Shown here: in pieces, positions 1 through 8,749 of the stretch
Layout of the letters: every line of letters begins with the position of its first letter
Position numbering within the stretch: the first letter of the stretch is position 1
DNA from: a virus
Taxonomy: Duplodnaviria; Caudoviricetes
Direction: 5' to 3' (one strand)
IMG/VR virus record: IMGVR_UViG_3300042451_002223
Coordinates: 1-26,682 of that record
DNA: 26,682 bases
Notes under the pieces: generated by a model
The model's database searches: none
Told to the model about the DNA's origin: nothing
What the model saw: the letters and a program-made list of their open reading frames with translations, nothing else
Program-made: the position numbers and the translations under genes

Positions 1-240
1 GTCAGGATGAAGGGTTCTGGTGATACACTTCTTGTTTGGCGCGTCTATCACATGATCGTGAAATCCATGTAAATAGACGTTTTTTATCTGTCCATTCTCG
101 TTCATGTCAAAAGGTAAGATACAGATTGAATCATTTAGGGAGACAGCTCTCTTAAAATTGCCTTTTTCTCCCTTGAAGCTGATTACTTTGTACTTTTCGT
201 CTGTGTAATCTTCGTTCCTTATGACGTGTTCTTTATTCAT
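1..240 (-). CDS. Partial ORF running off the left end; possible Nudix (ADP-ribose pyrophosphatase-like) N-terminal region
   Basis: Not in the ORF track. The ATG at 240 overlaps the end of the upstream ORF and the frame is open for 80 codons: MNKEHVIRNEDYTDEKYKVISFKGEKGNFKRAVSLNDSICILPFDMNENGQIKNVYLHGFHDH... The segment SICILPFD...VYL resembles the AVAVLPYD...VVL strand of ADPRases. The Nudix box would lie outside the window. Confidence 0.5.
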   Translation of the reverse strand, partial: MNKEHVIRNEDYTDEKYKVISFKGEKGNFKRAVSLNDSICILPFDMNENGQIKNVYLHGFHDHVIDAPNKKCITRTLHPD

Positions 241-853
241 GGATCTCCTTAAAGTTTATTTCACCGGATCTTTGAGTAGAGGCTGGTGTCTCAAACATTT
301 TGGTGATAGAGTCTTTGACTACTTTTTTATTTATCACCCTAAAGACATAATCGGTCAACTCATCCATGAATTTATCTTTGTCCTTAGCATTTGAGTGTAA
401 CATAGCTAGGAAAGCTTGGTCTGGAAGCTTTACTGTTACTCCGAGATGTATATCTCTATCGCTAGAATCAAACATCTCAAACATGCTGGCAACCTGAGGT
501 CTAGGCGTAGGTTCAACGTGAGGTGCTCCTTGAGTCACAGAATCAGTTATTTGAGAGTTTACTGGTTGGACTCTAGGTTTAGGTTGAACTCTAGATGGGC
601 CGGCAATTGCCTCAACTTCAGCCCTAGTCAAAGGCTGCATGTCTTCGGTTATCATGAATAGAGAACTGTTGAGTTGGTCAGTATCGATTGACGAACCGTC
701 GTCAAAAACAGCAAAAAATCTGTTTCCTCTAGGTTCTATGTTTCTACACTTTACGGTCTTGCCTAAAAGCTCAGGTCTATTGGTCTTTACCCATTGAAAC
801 TGCTGGCCTTTAAAGTTCTCCATCAACTGGATAAGTCTTTCTTCGTTAAGCAT
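233..853 (-). CDS. Hypothetical protein (~206 aa); two domains joined by a Pro/Gln-rich linker
   Basis: The track ORF 233..937 overlaps 870..1160. The ATG at 853 (MLNEERL...) follows an A-rich leader just past the upstream stop and is the likelier start. No family recognised. Confidence 0.65.
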   Translation of the reverse strand: MLNEERLIQLMENFKGQQFQWVKTNRPELLGKTVKCRNIEPRGNRFFAVFDDGSSIDTDQLNSSLFMITEDMQPLTRAEVEAIAGPSRVQPKPRVQPVNSQITDSVTQGAPHVEPTPRPQVASMFEMFDSSDRDIHLGVTVKLPDQAFLAMLHSNAKDKDKFMDELTDYVFRVINKKVVKDSITKMFETPASTQRSGEINFKEIHE

Positions 854-869
854 GGTTTTTTTGTTTTTT

Positions 870-1160
870 TTAATTTTCGAATAGCTCATCCATGGTAGTG
901 GCAGCTTTATTCTTTTCAATAGCTTTTTGAAAATCATCGTCTAGGAATTTTTCAGAGCCTCCTTCAGGAGTCTGGCCCAATGCAAATGTAGTGACTTGAA
1001 CTGGAGAAACTTGACGATTTAGGACTTCAGCTGCCCGTTCTTCGCTCTTTAGGCTCTCTAGTTTTTTTCTGATGTCTTTAACATGTTGAGGGGTCGGTTT
1101 GTTCTTACAAGCGTCTAATAGACCTTCCAACCAATTGGTAAATCTTTCGTGTGAATTCAT
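870..1160 (-). CDS. Hypothetical phage protein (96 aa)
   Basis: Starts 2 nt after the polymerase stop. The N-terminal F..WLEG......PT....DI...L pattern is typical of small phage hypotheticals. Ends TTMDELFEN. Confidence 0.7.
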   Translation of the reverse strand: MNSHERFTNWLEGLLDACKNKPTPQHVKDIRKKLESLKSEERAAEVLNRQVSPVQVTTFALGQTPEGGSEKFLDDDFQKAIEKNKAATTMDELFEN

Positions 1161-1162
1161 GA

Positions 1163-2593
1163 TTATTTGTTTTTTGAGTTTTTGATTTGTTTAATTTCTC
1201 CCTGTGTCTTGATCCTTTCGTCATATAGCCGAGTCAATATCGTTCTAGCTACCGAATCTGAATCATTGGAAAAAGCGGTATTGTTTTTTGTGTGAATCTC
1301 TCCACCCTTTCTTTTTATCTCGTCAAGTTTACCTAAATAGGTGTCTGGAGAAATGTTGAACTGTATCTGGATGTTTGGATACATCGAAGAGAAGTCATAA
1401 CAAGCAATCGCACCATAATAGCCGGGAACAGGGTCCTTAACGTATGCACCTTCGTAAGTAGCATCCAAGTCGTTTGTTTCTCCCCAAGGAAGCTTCATCA
1501 TTCTTAGGTTCTTGTTTAGGAATTCCCTACACATCAACACCTCAGCGATGTAAACTGGACTAAATACTTTGTTTACTTCTATTTGTGCGACGTTTGCCAT
1601 CGAAAAGGCAACATCTAGGATCGAAAGCTTGTCTTCTATTAGTTTTACTAAGATGACGTCTATCACGTTATACATCGTGAACAGGTACGTGTCTTTTTGA
1701 AACTCCATGAAGGAACCGTACTGATGTTTCAACTTAGCAGTACCTAAAACTAGTCCAGATATGTAATCAAGCTTATAGTTTTCAACAACCTTAAATGGTT
1801 TTAGTTTTTCAAAGACTTGCATGTAGTCAAGAACGCCTAAGTGAGTCGGTATTCTTACTTTTGAGAACATAGTCTTAGTCGGCATCTCTTGAACAGGATC
1901 GATTTTGATGTTCTTAGCTCGATTCATCAAGTATTTCCAGTCAAAGTCGGTAACGTTCCATCCAGTTACAAAAGAAAGGTGAGGCATCACTTTGTGAAAG
2001 TAGAACTCCATCATTTCTTCTTCGGTCTTAAAGAACTTGTACTTTATCTTAAACTCTTGTTGAAAGAGCTTAGCGTCTTCTGGACGAAGCGGTTTGGTTT
2101 GTCTAAAATACTCGTTTACTTCTCGCTCCATCCTAGTTATCTCGTCTGGGCTCAAACCTTCTGGTTGGTCTTCTGAGTTTAGGATAGAAAGTATGTAAGT
2201 GACGTTATCTTCGTTACAAAAAGAGATGAGCCCGACTGGCATTCGAGCTTTTTCTGGTTCTGGAAAGGAATCGTCAATCAATTTGATCTCAATATCAAGA
2301 TAAGTCTTTTTAGGAAAGTTATCGAAATTGTAGATTAGTTCTTGTTCTTCATGAGTTAGTTTTTCTTTAACTAATTCTTGTATTCTAAACTGATTGACAT
2401 ATTGGCCTTGAGTAGAGCTCTTTTTTATGAATTTGTTATTCCAGTTTCTAGTAGTAGTCGGTGATGTTGATTCTACCCAATTAAATACTTCGTGATCTAC
2501 TAATCTTTTCTTGATAAAGTCGATCTTACCTTTCTCGTTGTAATACGAGATCATTAATTGGTTGTCGTGAGTGACTTCAGAGCCTACTATCAT
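1163..2593 (-). CDS. Family B DNA polymerase, N-terminal subunit (3'-5' exonuclease + palm motif A); split gp43A-like
   Basis: Contains ExoI YLDIEI, ExoII GWNVTDFDWKYL, ExoIII YNVIDV, YEGAYVKDP and motif A YDFSSMYPNI. It ends in the first fingers helix (ILTRLYDERIK). Motifs B and C are absent. Confidence 0.9.
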   Translation of the reverse strand: MIVGSEVTHDNQLMISYYNEKGKIDFIKKRLVDHEVFNWVESTSPTTTRNWNNKFIKKSSTQGQYVNQFRIQELVKEKLTHEEQELIYNFDNFPKKTYLDIEIKLIDDSFPEPEKARMPVGLISFCNEDNVTYILSILNSEDQPEGLSPDEITRMEREVNEYFRQTKPLRPEDAKLFQQEFKIKYKFFKTEEEMMEFYFHKVMPHLSFVTGWNVTDFDWKYLMNRAKNIKIDPVQEMPTKTMFSKVRIPTHLGVLDYMQVFEKLKPFKVVENYKLDYISGLVLGTAKLKHQYGSFMEFQKDTYLFTMYNVIDVILVKLIEDKLSILDVAFSMANVAQIEVNKVFSPVYIAEVLMCREFLNKNLRMMKLPWGETNDLDATYEGAYVKDPVPGYYGAIACYDFSSMYPNIQIQFNISPDTYLGKLDEIKRKGGEIHTKNNTAFSNDSDSVARTILTRLYDERIKTQGEIKQIKNSKNK

Positions 2594-2802
2594 ACTTTTG
2601 GTTTAAAGAGTTCGTTAATATGTCCACATTTTGCACAAGCCATAACAGGAATTGGGACGATTGAGTCTTGATTAGAGCCTGTCATGAATTTTGATACTTT
2701 TTTAATCATCAACTTTTCCTCAAATGTTGTGTTTTGACATTCTTCGCACTCCAGATAAGGTACCTCAGCAAGGTTGATGTTGAGTTGGGGATTTTGTTCC
2801 AT
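2590..2802 (-). CDS. Small zinc-ribbon protein (70 aa)
   Basis: Two Cys pairs, CEEC and CAKCGH. ATGA stop/start overlap with the polymerase at 2590-2593. Confidence 0.75.
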   Translation of the reverse strand: MEQNPQLNINLAEVPYLECEECQNTTFEEKLMIKKVSKFMTGSNQDSIVPIPVMACAKCGHINELFKPKV

Positions 2803-2819
2803 TATTGTTTTACTTATTT

Positions 2820-3299
2820 TTAGTAACCGCGGTTTTGGCGGTCTCGATTTTCTTTGTTTTTTGACATATACATGTTGTACATCTCTTGAGGAGTCATTCC
2901 TATAGAAATAGCGTAGTTCATGAAGAAATGCAACATGTCAATGACTTCAAACTTGGCTTCAAGCTGATCGCTCTTAGAAAGGTCTGAAAACTTCATGCTT
3001 TCGTACTTTGAGTGGTCTTTCTTCCAATACTTCCAAATAGCATTTCCTCCACCGTCTTTTATTCCACCAAGAGCATCAGTTGCTTCGTGAATTTCGTCTA
3101 TCATTGCATGAGTGTTTGCATGCCAAAAAGACATTACTTCTCTAAGAGTCATTTTTGAGAAATCAAAGCCGTAAACGTCTTCTTGAGTTTCCTTTTGAAG
3201 GGTCATTATGTCCCCTAAAGTATCTTCGCCCGGTTCGGCTCGATCAGACCACAGATCTTCTATCTGCAAGTCAGCACACTGGTTGTCTGTATTTGCCAT
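2820..3299 (-). CDS. T4 gp56-like dCTP/dUTP pyrophosphatase (all-alpha NTP-PPase, dimeric dUTPase family)
   Basis: IDEIHE...LG...WKYWK...DQLEAKFEVIDMLHFFMN...GM...Y..KN.EN..RQ..GY follows the T4 gp56 pattern along its length. Confidence 0.85.
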   Translation of the reverse strand: MANTDNQCADLQIEDLWSDRAEPGEDTLGDIMTLQKETQEDVYGFDFSKMTLREVMSFWHANTHAMIDEIHEATDALGGIKDGGGNAIWKYWKKDHSKYESMKFSDLSKSDQLEAKFEVIDMLHFFMNYAISIGMTPQEMYNMYMSKNKENRDRQNRGY

Positions 3300-3316
3300 T
3301 CTATCCTATTTGATAT

Positions 3317-3344
3317 ATTATACTGCCAAATCGATTAAGGATCT
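3317..3344 (-). promoter_or_regulatory. Bipartite phage promoter, degenerate copy (AGATC-N16-GTATAAT) for the dNTPase/polymerase operon
   Basis: Same spacing and -10 element as five other copies; the upstream element is divergent. Confidence 0.5.
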
Positions 3345-3385
3345 AGTAAATTTAGCGCTTTTTAAAATTTATCTGTGCCTGAATA

Positions 3386-3394
3386 GATAAATAA
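3386..3394 (+). promoter_or_regulatory. Late promoter-like box GATAAATAA
   Basis: Lies 20 nt upstream of the tail sheath ATG. Variant of the T4 late box TATAAATA; recurs before other late genes. Confidence 0.7.
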
Positions 3395-3414
3395 TTAAAA
3401 ATATTTTAGAAGAA

Positions 3415-6414
3415 ATGGCAGAACCAAGAGTAAACTTAAATAACTACAAATCGAGTGGTGTCTATACTATCGAAATAGACGCTAGCGAGAACGTAGTGTT
3501 GCCTCTTACCACAGGTAGACTTGTGGTTGGATCCAGTAAGGTAGGGCCTTTCAACACAGTAGTGTTAATTAACGATATTCGAACTCTTAAAGCAGTGTTC
3601 GGTGAAATCGACCCTAAGTTAGAAAAAGCAGGAAGCTACTTCCATAGAACCATTGAGGTTGCCTTGAGAGAAGGGCCTGTTTTTGCACTCAACGTGATGC
3701 CCCTAGACACTGACGAAGATCCTGCTCTAAACTTAGACCAGGCATACTATACTACATTTAACACTGAAGCTACTTCTAACAATAACCAGTCTCTGCCTGA
3801 CCAGTGGCCAGCAGTAGAGTTCTTTAACCGAAGAAGGTTATGGTTCGCTAGCGAAGACGAGTTGAACAAAGCTAAGAACATTTCCTTAGGTGATGATTAT
3901 ATCAACAACCCTGGAGGATACGGCCAGACTACTGCTACTTCTAATAAGATTTTGTCTTTCGTTAACTTAGGAAATGCTAACCTTACTGTTTGGGTAAGAA
4001 GAGCAAGCATCACAGGATACGACGTTACTGCTAACGAGTGGTACAACACAGTTGGTGGTGGAAACTCTATTGATTTCCCTTCGTTTGTACACCCAGACGA
4101 TTTCATTTCTGATTATTTCGTTGAAATTATCGTGATAAACGGAGACTGGTCAAACCACTTAAAGCTTGCAAAAGACCCAGTATACAGCCAATTCTTCACT
4201 GAAGCTGGTCTTAGGTCAGAAAAATCTGCTGACTTCTTTGCATTAAGAGAAATCAAAGTAATTAACAGAACAATTGGATGTTTAATTCCAGGATTTAGAG
4301 ACCAATCCGGTAACACTGTTTCAATAGACACTCTAGTAAACAGAGTTTTTGCTAGCACAGGATTACTTTGTGCAATTGACTCTGAAAAACTGGACTTAGT
4401 CAACTTAGATACTACAGGTTTCGTAGACAATGACATGGAAACTCACAGAATTGACTTGATTGGTCATGGTTTTGATGAACTTGATTCACAAGATACTTAC
4501 ACAGCAGACGACGGGGGATACGACGTTACTGGTTCTCCATTAGACGTAGCTGATGCAACTCCTTTGATTGACTTGTTGAGCTATACTCGTCCAGCTGATT
4601 CTGAGTTGATCTTCTTAATCAGCAACAATCCTAGCGTAAATGTGTTAGACGAGGATGATTTCCTTGATGGATACAACGATACTCCTGGATCCAACCCAGT
4701 TGCATTAGGAGATACTTACTTAGTTACGCCTGCATCAGGCGACGAATACCTTGTAGCAATGGAAGGAAGTAAGCTGTATCAAGCATACGCTAAAGGTTTC
4801 TTGAGAAACGGAGACACTGTGGTAGATGGAATCAACAACTACTATGTTAAGATCACTGATAACTTAATTAGTGGAGGGCTTAACTACATTAAGGTTGCCA
4901 CTTACCAAGACGTCAGTCTAATAAACCAAATAGACACTAATTACTATACTGGTCCAGACTCAGAAGATTACATCAAAGTTATCTTAGAAAACGGTGCAGA
5001 CTTTAAGGAGACTTTTGACTTGACTGACGTAGGCTTCTTCACTAGTTACGATGTTCAACAGCCTAATCGAATTGTCTTAGGAATAAACACTACGAACACT
5101 GCAAACAAGGCAAAAATAGATGAGTTCATTAAGGTGAACAACTTTATTAAAGCTAAGGTTTCAGGATCAGTTCGACCACGACTATTGAAGATAATTTCAG
5201 TTTCTTCTACTGAAGAGTTGAGCCCGTATGCTTTGACTTACACAGTTACTACAATGGCACCAAGCGTAGACGATATCATTGGACTTGATGTAGATGGTAA
5301 CGAATTGAAAGTCTACAAAGGAATTTACAACTTTGTCACTGAATTGAAAGGTCAAAACTTAGGTTCTTTCAAGCTAAGAGATGCTTCTCTTCCAAACGGA
5401 ACAGCAGATCGTCAAGCAAACATCTTAAGCTACCTTTTCCAATACACTTCTATTCCGGAGGCATTAGCAAACGGTGAATTAGTAGACTTTAGATACGTTG
5501 TCGATTCTTATGAAGGAGAGATATCAAGCAACTCTAAATACTACTTGGCTAAAATTGCAGCAATGCATGGTCAAGCAATGGCATTGCTTAATGCACCTTC
5601 AATTAGACAGTTTGAAAAGTCAGTTATGCCGAGCTTTATCAATCCAGTTAGCAAATTGGTTTCGACTGAATACATCTCTACTGGTGGTAACTTGTCGTTG
5701 AACCCAGAATTCACATTCAAATTTGCAGAAGAGGACGTTAATGGAATTCCATTGTCTTCTTATGCTAACTATACTTTCCCTAACGTTATCGTTAGAAGCG
5801 GTTCTAGAAACATCTCAGTTCCGCCTGCAGCTTACATCTCTAACTTATACGTTAGAAAATTCAAGAATGGAACTCCTTTCTTGATCGTAGCTGGTGGAAA
5901 ACGTGGAGCAATCACTGATCCTGAATTAGTAGGATTAGAATACGATTTGACTGATGCTGATAGGGATTACTTAGAGCCTGCAGGATTCAACTTAATCGTT
6001 AGAAGAAGAGGATTTGGTACTATCTTGTTCTCAAACAACACTGCATACCAAAGAATTAACTCTGCTCTTAATAACGCTCACGTTAGAGATAACTTATCTA
6101 CTATCGAAAGAGATATCGAGAGAATCTTGTTTAACTTCTTGTTTGACTTCAACGACGAGATAACAAGATTGAGAGTTAGAACAATCGTTGAAAACTACCT
6201 AGATGCGGTAGTAAACGCTAGAGGAATTAGTTCTTATGAAGTTATTTTTGATACTTCAAACAACACTAACGAGGTGATCTCAGCAAACGCAGCGGTATTG
6301 GACATTAGAGTAGACTTCCCAAGAGGAATTCAAAAGTTCATCAACCGTATCACCATCACTAGAGTTGGAGGAACTTTGAGTTCAGATGCAACTGGATTCA
6401 TCCCTAGCTTCTAA
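3415..6414 (+). CDS. Contractile tail sheath protein (999 aa)
   Basis: N-terminal SSGVYTIEIDAS and GPFN..V. The C-terminal sheath domain reads VPPAAY...AGGKRG...DRDYL...N.I...NNAHVR...FLFDFND..TR......YL......GI..YEV..D.SNNT..VI. Confidence 0.92.
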   Translation: MAEPRVNLNNYKSSGVYTIEIDASENVVLPLTTGRLVVGSSKVGPFNTVVLINDIRTLKAVFGEIDPKLEKAGSYFHRTIEVALREGPVFALNVMPLDTDEDPALNLDQAYYTTFNTEATSNNNQSLPDQWPAVEFFNRRRLWFASEDELNKAKNISLGDDYINNPGGYGQTTATSNKILSFVNLGNANLTVWVRRASITGYDVTANEWYNTVGGGNSIDFPSFVHPDDFISDYFVEIIVINGDWSNHLKLAKDPVYSQFFTEAGLRSEKSADFFALREIKVINRTIGCLIPGFRDQSGNTVSIDTLVNRVFASTGLLCAIDSEKLDLVNLDTTGFVDNDMETHRIDLIGHGFDELDSQDTYTADDGGYDVTGSPLDVADATPLIDLLSYTRPADSELIFLISNNPSVNVLDEDDFLDGYNDTPGSNPVALGDTYLVTPASGDEYLVAMEGSKLYQAYAKGFLRNGDTVVDGINNYYVKITDNLISGGLNYIKVATYQDVSLINQIDTNYYTGPDSEDYIKVILENGADFKETFDLTDVGFFTSYDVQQPNRIVLGINTTNTANKAKIDEFIKVNNFIKAKVSGSVRPRLLKIISVSSTEELSPYALTYTVTTMAPSVDDIIGLDVDGNELKVYKGIYNFVTELKGQNLGSFKLRDASLPNGTADRQANILSYLFQYTSIPEALANGELVDFRYVVDSYEGEISSNSKYYLAKIAAMHGQAMALLNAPSIRQFEKSVMPSFINPVSKLVSTEYISTGGNLSLNPEFTFKFAEEDVNGIPLSSYANYTFPNVIVRSGSRNISVPPAAYISNLYVRKFKNGTPFLIVAGGKRGAITDPELVGLEYDLTDADRDYLEPAGFNLIVRRRGFGTILFSNNTAYQRINSALNNAHVRDNLSTIERDIERILFNFLFDFNDEITRLRVRTIVENYLDAVVNARGISSYEVIFDTSNNTNEVISANAAVLDIRVDFPRGIQKFINRITITRVGGTLSSDATGFIPSF

Positions 6415-6429
6415 AAAAATTGATTTTAT

Positions 6430-7269
6430 ATGTTGTTAAAACTAGGAAGTAAAGGAGAAGACGTAGTTAAGTTACAAAAAAGACTAGGGGTAGACCCAGT
6501 CGGTAACTTTGGTCCAAAGACAGAAGCTGCAGTTAAAGAGTGGCAAAAAGCAAACGGCTTAAAAGACGATGGTGTCGTAGGTGATGCTACTTGGTCTAAG
6601 CTTTTTGGAGCAGTTACTGAAGCTGCTGCGCCAGCTGCACCTGTTGCACAAGCAGTAGTTTCTTCTGGAAAGATAGATTTAAGTAAACTTAAAGGCCATG
6701 TGCCGGACACAGTTCTTTCTCAGATTCCAGAAATAATTGAAAAGTTCAATTGTAATAATCCACTTAGGCTGGCTCATTTCTTAGCACAGTGCGGTCATGA
6801 GTCTGGAGGATTCAAAGCAGTCTCTGAGAACCTAAACTATTCAGCAGACGGTCTTAAAAAGATATTCCCTAAGTATTTTCCTGGCGACTTATCTAGTTCT
6901 TATGCTAGACAACCAGAAAAGATTGCGTCTAGGGTTTATGGAGGAAGAATGGGTAACGGTGATGAGACTACTAAAGAAGGATTTAAGTTTAGAGGTAGAG
7001 GATACATCCAATTGACTGGAAAGTCTAACTACACTAACTTCGCTAAGTTCATTGGAGAAGACACGGTTGCTAATCCTGATCTCGTAGCAACAAAGTATCC
7101 GCTCGCGTCTGCAGCGTTCTTTTTTGATTCAAATAAACTATGGTCTATTTGTGATAAAGGAGCAGACGATGCTACGGTAACTGCGGTTACTAAAAGAGTA
7201 AATGGAGGAACGATTGGTCTATCGGATCGACTTAAGCACTTTAAAGAATACTATAACTTGATAAAATAA
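6430..7269 (+). CDS. Endolysin: peptidoglycan-binding domain + GH19 (chitinase/lysozyme-like) catalytic domain
   Basis: PG_binding_1 pattern LKLGSKGEDV..LQ..LG....G.FGPKTEAAVKEWQ...GL..DG.VG..TW, then an Ala/Pro linker. GH19 motifs: AHFLAQCGHESGGF, ENLNYS, FRGRGYIQLTG..NY, VTKRVNGG..GL.DR. Confidence 0.92.
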   Translation: MLLKLGSKGEDVVKLQKRLGVDPVGNFGPKTEAAVKEWQKANGLKDDGVVGDATWSKLFGAVTEAAAPAAPVAQAVVSSGKIDLSKLKGHVPDTVLSQIPEIIEKFNCNNPLRLAHFLAQCGHESGGFKAVSENLNYSADGLKKIFPKYFPGDLSSSYARQPEKIASRVYGGRMGNGDETTKEGFKFRGRGYIQLTGKSNYTNFAKFIGEDTVANPDLVATKYPLASAAFFFDSNKLWSICDKGADDATVTAVTKRVNGGTIGLSDRLKHFKEYYNLIK

Positions 7270-7270
7270 A

Positions 7271-7300
7271 AAAAGGGAGCTAAACGCTCCCTTTTCTTTT
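7271..7300. terminator. Bidirectional intrinsic terminator
   Basis: AAAAGGGAGC-TAAAC-GCTCCCTTTT stem-loop with A- and T-tracts on either side, between the convergent endolysin and groES genes. Confidence 0.85.
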
Positions 7301-7315
7301 TAGTTCGATTTTAGG

Positions 7316-7615
7316 CTATTCAAACTCATCTAAAGAAATGTCTTCAGGATCATCTAGGATCCCAATAATTTCGTTAGACATTATCACATAGTGTTTTTCG
7401 CCCTTGTAGTATAGCTCAGCACCAGCGTATCTATTGAAAAGAATCAAGTCACCAGGTTGTACTAACATTGGGTTGTTTACTGAACCTGCTCCACAAGCAA
7501 CAACTGTACCGATGTTTGGTTTTTTGACTGCTTTTTCAGGAAGGAGAATTCCTTGAGAAGTTCTCGTTTCTTTTTCTTTAGGCTTTACTAAAACTCTTTC
7601 ATATAAAGGTTTCAT
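7316..7615 (-). CDS. groES: Co-chaperonin GroES (Cpn10)
   Basis: MKPLYERVLVK, mobile loop ETRTSQGILLP, G.VVACGAG, V.PGD.ILF..YAG.E, EIIGIL. Confidence 0.93.
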   Translation of the reverse strand: MKPLYERVLVKPKEKETRTSQGILLPEKAVKKPNIGTVVACGAGSVNNPMLVQPGDLILFNRYAGAELYYKGEKHYVIMSNEIIGILDDPEDISLDEFE

Positions 7616-8748
7616 ATTAACGATAGATTATTTTTTAAGTTGGTAAACTCCTTAGCATTGAAAGAAGTTGGGGAATATGTTTTGAAGAAGTCTTCTAGTG
7701 CGCTTCTGATCTCATCAGGGAATACTTTAGAAGACAGACGAGTTAACTTAATATTAAAGAGTAGGTGTTCCCTGATTTCATCTAGATTACCTGTTCCTTT
7801 AGACTTAGTAACTACTTGAATCTGTTCAGCGACCTCATCGATAAAGACTGAATCTAAAGAATCTAGGTTTTCCATTAGGTTGTCTCCAAACTTTTCAAAA
7901 AGGTTGATAATTAGCTTTTGAGACCTAGACGGAGTCAAGTTAGTTATCTTTGGGATGTTGTCTGACTTGTCACCTAAAAAGACTTTATTCAGAACCTCAT
8001 TTACGAAATCTACTTTATGTTCAACGTATTCCTTGTTCTTAAGAGTAGATATTACTTTTTCTATGCTAGATCCACCTATGTGATTCATGTTTAGAGAGAA
8101 AAAGTTATCTTCTTCATCGTCAGCTTGAAGAGGAACTAAATTGGCTGGAACAAAGAGTCTTTTGTGTTTTGCCATCTGTTTTGGAACTATCAAAAGAACG
8201 TTCTTTTTTGGAGTCCCAGTAAGCTGTTTAAGATCCTGGTCAACTGAATAGATCAGAACATCGTCGTTTAGTATTTCACAAAGGTGAGCAATGATGTCAT
8301 CGCCTTCGGTTCCTTTAAACCTATATTGATTGATGCCACACTTCTCGACGAGGTGTGGCATTATCGTTTGTTGAAAGTAATCAAAGAATAAGTATTGAAA
8401 CTCGTCGTACTTTCTAGTTCCCTTGTATTTGAATTCCTGAGGAGCCGCTGATGTCTTAAAATCAGAGTCTTTAAAGAAGTCATTGGTGTAGTCCTTTCTC
8501 CAGCTGTTAGAATCGAACACTATGTGAATCTTTCCAGGAGTAGAGGACATCGACGCAATTAGAGAGTTTAGATAGGTAAAACAAAAGTTCCTAAACGAAA
8601 GTCTGACTGACTCTTTTAAACGGAAACCATCATTGAATAGATCTTCAACATAATAAACTTCACCGATTGACTTATCTTTAGACGTGACTGATTTGGTCAC
8701 GCTAATTGCGACATTGATGAAGGCATTTCCGTCTATGATTAGGTGCAT
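7612..8748 (-). CDS. 5'-3' exonuclease / flap endonuclease (T4 RNase H-like)
   Basis: LIIDGN, IVFDS.SWRK, YKGTRK, EGDDIIA, S.DQDLKQL and GDKSDNIP are the FEN/Pol I 5'-nuclease motifs. Confidence 0.9.
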   Translation of the reverse strand: MHLIIDGNAFINVAISVTKSVTSKDKSIGEVYYVEDLFNDGFRLKESVRLSFRNFCFTYLNSLIASMSSTPGKIHIVFDSNSWRKDYTNDFFKDSDFKTSAAPQEFKYKGTRKYDEFQYLFFDYFQQTIMPHLVEKCGINQYRFKGTEGDDIIAHLCEILNDDVLIYSVDQDLKQLTGTPKKNVLLIVPKQMAKHKRLFVPANLVPLQADDEEDNFFSLNMNHIGGSSIEKVISTLKNKEYVEHKVDFVNEVLNKVFLGDKSDNIPKITNLTPSRSQKLIINLFEKFGDNLMENLDSLDSVFIDEVAEQIQVVTKSKGTGNLDEIREHLLFNIKLTRLSSKVFPDEIRSALEDFFKTYSPTSFNAKEFTNLKNNLSLI

Positions 8749-8749
8749 A

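Noticed and set aside
854-937. N-terminal extension of the track ORF 233..937
   Set aside because: It overlaps the 870..1160 gene on the same strand and runs through an A-tract leader; the ATG at 853 is the more plausible start.
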